From: Chloroflexota bacterium
GTDB taxonomy: Bacteria > Chloroflexota > Anaerolineae > UBA7937 > JACPPX01
DNA length: 27,981 nt
Direction of reading: 5' to 3'
Assembly: GCA_016190785.1 (NCBI GenBank)
Contig: JACPPX010000118.1
Span: 1 to 27,981 of the forward strand
Shown one piece after another: positions 26,239-27,981 of the stretch (position 1 is its first letter; each line of letters opens with the position of its first letter). Made by a program: the position numbers and the translations under genes. The notes under the pieces were generated by a model, which saw only the letters and a list, made by a program, of their open reading frames with translations, had not been told where the DNA came from and did no database searches.

Positions 26239-26898
26239 ATGGAAGAAGTCCTGGCCAAGCAGTATGCCGCAGCAGATGCCCGCTGGCTCCGCCTTTGGAT
26301 GCAAGGTCCCACCAAAACTTCTTATCGCCAACTTCCGGTCCAGGTAGGAGAGCCTGCCCCAGATGTCGAACTCATCGATTCGGAGGGCAACCCAGTCCGG
26401 CTTAGCAACTTCTGGAAGGAGAGCCCCTTGCATCTCTTTTTCCTTCGCCATTACGGTTGCTCCTGTATGAAAGAAAGGTGGGGTCAATTGCGAGAGGAGT
26501 ATCCCAAACTGCGCGAGGCGGGAGCCCAGATGGTGGCCATAGGAATGGGCGAGCCGGAGCGCACTCAACTTTTCATCAAGGTCCGAGAGATACCAGCCCC
26601 TGTGCTTTGCGACCCGGAACAGAGAGCCTATACAGCCTATGGGATCATTGAAGGCACACCTCCCGCCATCCTCCACAATTCCGATTGGCAGCCTGATGAT
26701 GAAGAAACTGGCCGCAAGATGATGGACTCCCGCCGTGATACTGACCGTCGTTTGGTGGACAACCCCTGGATATTGCCGGCGGAGTTTATCATTGACCAGA
26801 AAGGGGTCATCCGTCACTCCCACCGCTATCAGTATTGCGAAGACTTTCCACCCACCACTGTCCTTCTAGGAGCCATCCGTGCCGCGAAGCAGAGCTAA
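26239..26898 (+). CDS. Peroxiredoxin-like (AhpC/TSA, PRXL2-like) protein
   Basis: VGEPAPDVEL, FFLRHYGCSC, VLCDPE...AYG, PAEFIIDQKGVIR and YQYCEDFP. Confidence 0.85.
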   Translation: MEEVLAKQYAAADARWLRLWMQGPTKTSYRQLPVQVGEPAPDVELIDSEGNPVRLSNFWKESPLHLFFLRHYGCSCMKERWGQLREEYPKLREAGAQMVAIGMGEPERTQLFIKVREIPAPVLCDPEQRAYTAYGIIEGTPPAILHNSDWQPDDEETGRKMMDSRRDTDRRLVDNPWILPAEFIIDQKGVIRHSHRYQYCEDFPPTTVLLGAIRAAKQS

Positions 26899-26932
26899 AG
26901 TTTCCACTAGCCCAGTAAAGAAAGGGGGAGAT

Positions 26933-27199
26933 ATGGATTCCGCAATGATCGGCAAGATCGAGAAGGCGAAACGCTACGCCGAAGAACGGGAACAGCGCAT
27001 CGCCTTCGGGATGTTCCAGGTTACCGTCCAAGGCAACCACCGCCCCCATCAGGTAACCTTCGAACAGGGGAAGTGGGCCTGCGACTGCGATTTCTTCGCC
27101 GCCCGCGGGGTGTGCAGCCACACCATGGCCCTGGAAAGGGTCCTGGAGGGAATGCTCCCCGCTCTACAAGAGCCAGCAGCCCAAACCGCAGCCAGATAA
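26933..27199 (+). CDS. Small SWIM-type zinc-finger protein
   Basis: MDSAMIGKIEKAKRYAEE...WACDCDFF...CSH (CxC...CxH). Start reassigned to ATG 26933 (SD AAAGGGGGAG). Confidence 0.8.
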   Translation: MDSAMIGKIEKAKRYAEEREQRIAFGMFQVTVQGNHRPHQVTFEQGKWACDCDFFAARGVCSHTMALERVLEGMLPALQEPAAQTAAR

Positions 27200-27226
27200 T
27201 TTCTTGAGCACTTTCTCGATCGGCGC

Positions 27227-27267
27227 AAGCGGGCGCCGACCTAGGTCGGAGTTCGCTTTTTGTTTTT
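27227..27267 (+). terminator. Intrinsic terminator after the SWIM gene
   Basis: AAGCGGGCG-CCGACCTAGGTCGG-AGTTCGCTT hairpin followed by TTTGTTTTT. Confidence 0.75.
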
Positions 27268-27342
27268 GCGGCCTGCTAGCCTTAGGTCAACAACTAGCAT
27301 AAGATTGAAGGCAATCGTCAAGAGGGGTGTGGTGACCGAGAA

Positions 27343-27981
27343 ATGAAAGTAGGGATTATTGGGGGCGGCTTCGCCGGGATGACCGCCGCCTACGAACTGG
27401 GCAAAAGGGGACACCAGACCGTTCTAATTGAACGGATGCCGGAGCTGGGCGGCCTGGCAGGAACTTTTCCCATCGAGGGTACCCGCTTGGAAAGAGGCTA
27501 CCATCATTGGTTCACCAGTGACACGGAGATCATTGGCCTGATGGAGGAGTTGGGGCTGGGCGATCGGGTGATGTGGATCCCCTCCAAGGTCGGCCTCCTC
27601 CACGGCGGCAAGATCTGGAACTGGGTGACGCCTATGGACATCCTGAGTTTTACCCCCCTGTCCTCCCCCGATCGACTCCGGCTCGGGGTCACCACCTTCT
27701 ACCTGACCTACATCGCCGCCTGGGGAGATGTGCAAAAGAAAATAGCTGCCTACGAAAAGATCACCGCCGCGGCCTGGCTCAAGAAATACGCCGGCCCCCA
27801 TCCCTGGGAGAAGGTCTGGGAACCTCTCTTCCGCGGGAAGTTCGGGGCCGAGGCTGAACACGTGCCCTTGGTTTGGCTGTGGTACAAGGCGGTCTTGCGG
27901 CTTGGCTCGCGCCGGGGCTTGACCAAAGAGGTCCTTGGCTATCCGCGTGGTTCCTTCCAAGTCCTGATCGATGCTCTGGAA
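27343..27981 (+). CDS. FAD-dependent oxidoreductase (amine oxidase/HemY-like); 3' end lies outside the window
   Basis: Manual translation MKVGIIGGGFAGMTAAYELGKRG...ERMPELGGLA...ERGYHHWFTSD...GYPRGSFQVLIDAL; GxGxxG Rossmann motif; open to the window edge and missing from the ORF track. Confidence 0.92.
   Translation, partial: MKVGIIGGGFAGMTAAYELGKRGHQTVLIERMPELGGLAGTFPIEGTRLERGYHHWFTSDTEIIGLMEELGLGDRVMWIPSKVGLLHGGKIWNWVTPMDILSFTPLSSPDRLRLGVTTFYLTYIAAWGDVQKKIAAYEKITAAAWLKKYAGPHPWEKVWEPLFRGKFGAEAEHVPLVWLWYKAVLRLGSRRGLTKEVLGYPRGSFQVLIDALE

Noticed and set aside
25996-26823. 275-aa minus-strand ORF across the leader and peroxiredoxin-like gene
   Set aside because: Antisense shadow with no recognisable domain, SD or promoter.
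3235-26898. Selenocysteine recoding in the redox proteins
   Set aside because: The redox motifs inspected use Cys codons and the reading frames are full length without in-frame TGA.
27205-27220. Near-identical 16-17-mer TGAGCACTTTC(C)TCGAT also at 166-182
   Set aside because: One copy is inside a coding region, the two are 27 kb apart with a gap, and there is no mobile-element context; likely chance.
27424-27960. 178-aa minus-strand ORF and 94-aa plus-strand ORF at the right end
   Set aside because: Shadows of the FAD oxidoreductase that starts at 27343.
1-27981. CRISPR array, tRNA/rRNA, transposase, integrase or defence genes
   Set aside because: No regularly spaced repeats, tRNA-like motifs or such protein motifs were found by eye.

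Overview
A 28-kb stretch of a bacterial chromosome with about 30 mostly housekeeping genes. The family mix (DUF2085, DUF3105, tandem bacterial PH-domain membrane proteins, a class A PBP with Ig-like tails, a small SWIM-finger protein) suggests Chloroflexota, probably Anaerolineae-like; this is an inference, not a database result. Recognisable genes are lgt, rdgB, trxB, a class A PBP, surE, ilvE, tsaE-tsaB-rimI, uvrC, plsC, a LysM-M23 peptidase, rsmI and pgi/pmi. Two real genes cut by the window edges are missing from the ORF track: a YyaL-like thioredoxin-domain protein (1-647, minus) and an FAD oxidoreductase (27343-end, plus). I saw no tRNA, rRNA, CRISPR array or mobile element. The best leads are: (1) a near-consensus sigma70 promoter followed by a ~90-nt leader with a 12-codon uORF whose stop overlaps an intrinsic terminator, directly before a peroxiredoxin-like + SWIM-finger unit (candidate attenuator or sRNA); (2) an Lgt with a tandemly duplicated N-terminal arm/TM1; (3) a CxxC thioredoxin-fold protein paired with a CxxC-bearing Crp/Fnr regulator behind a GTA-N8-TAC palindrome; (4) a single-base frameshift in the second of two tandem membrane paralogues; (5) a 21-aa mini-ORF exactly bridging the PBP and surE genes. 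All family calls are from motif recognition by eye.
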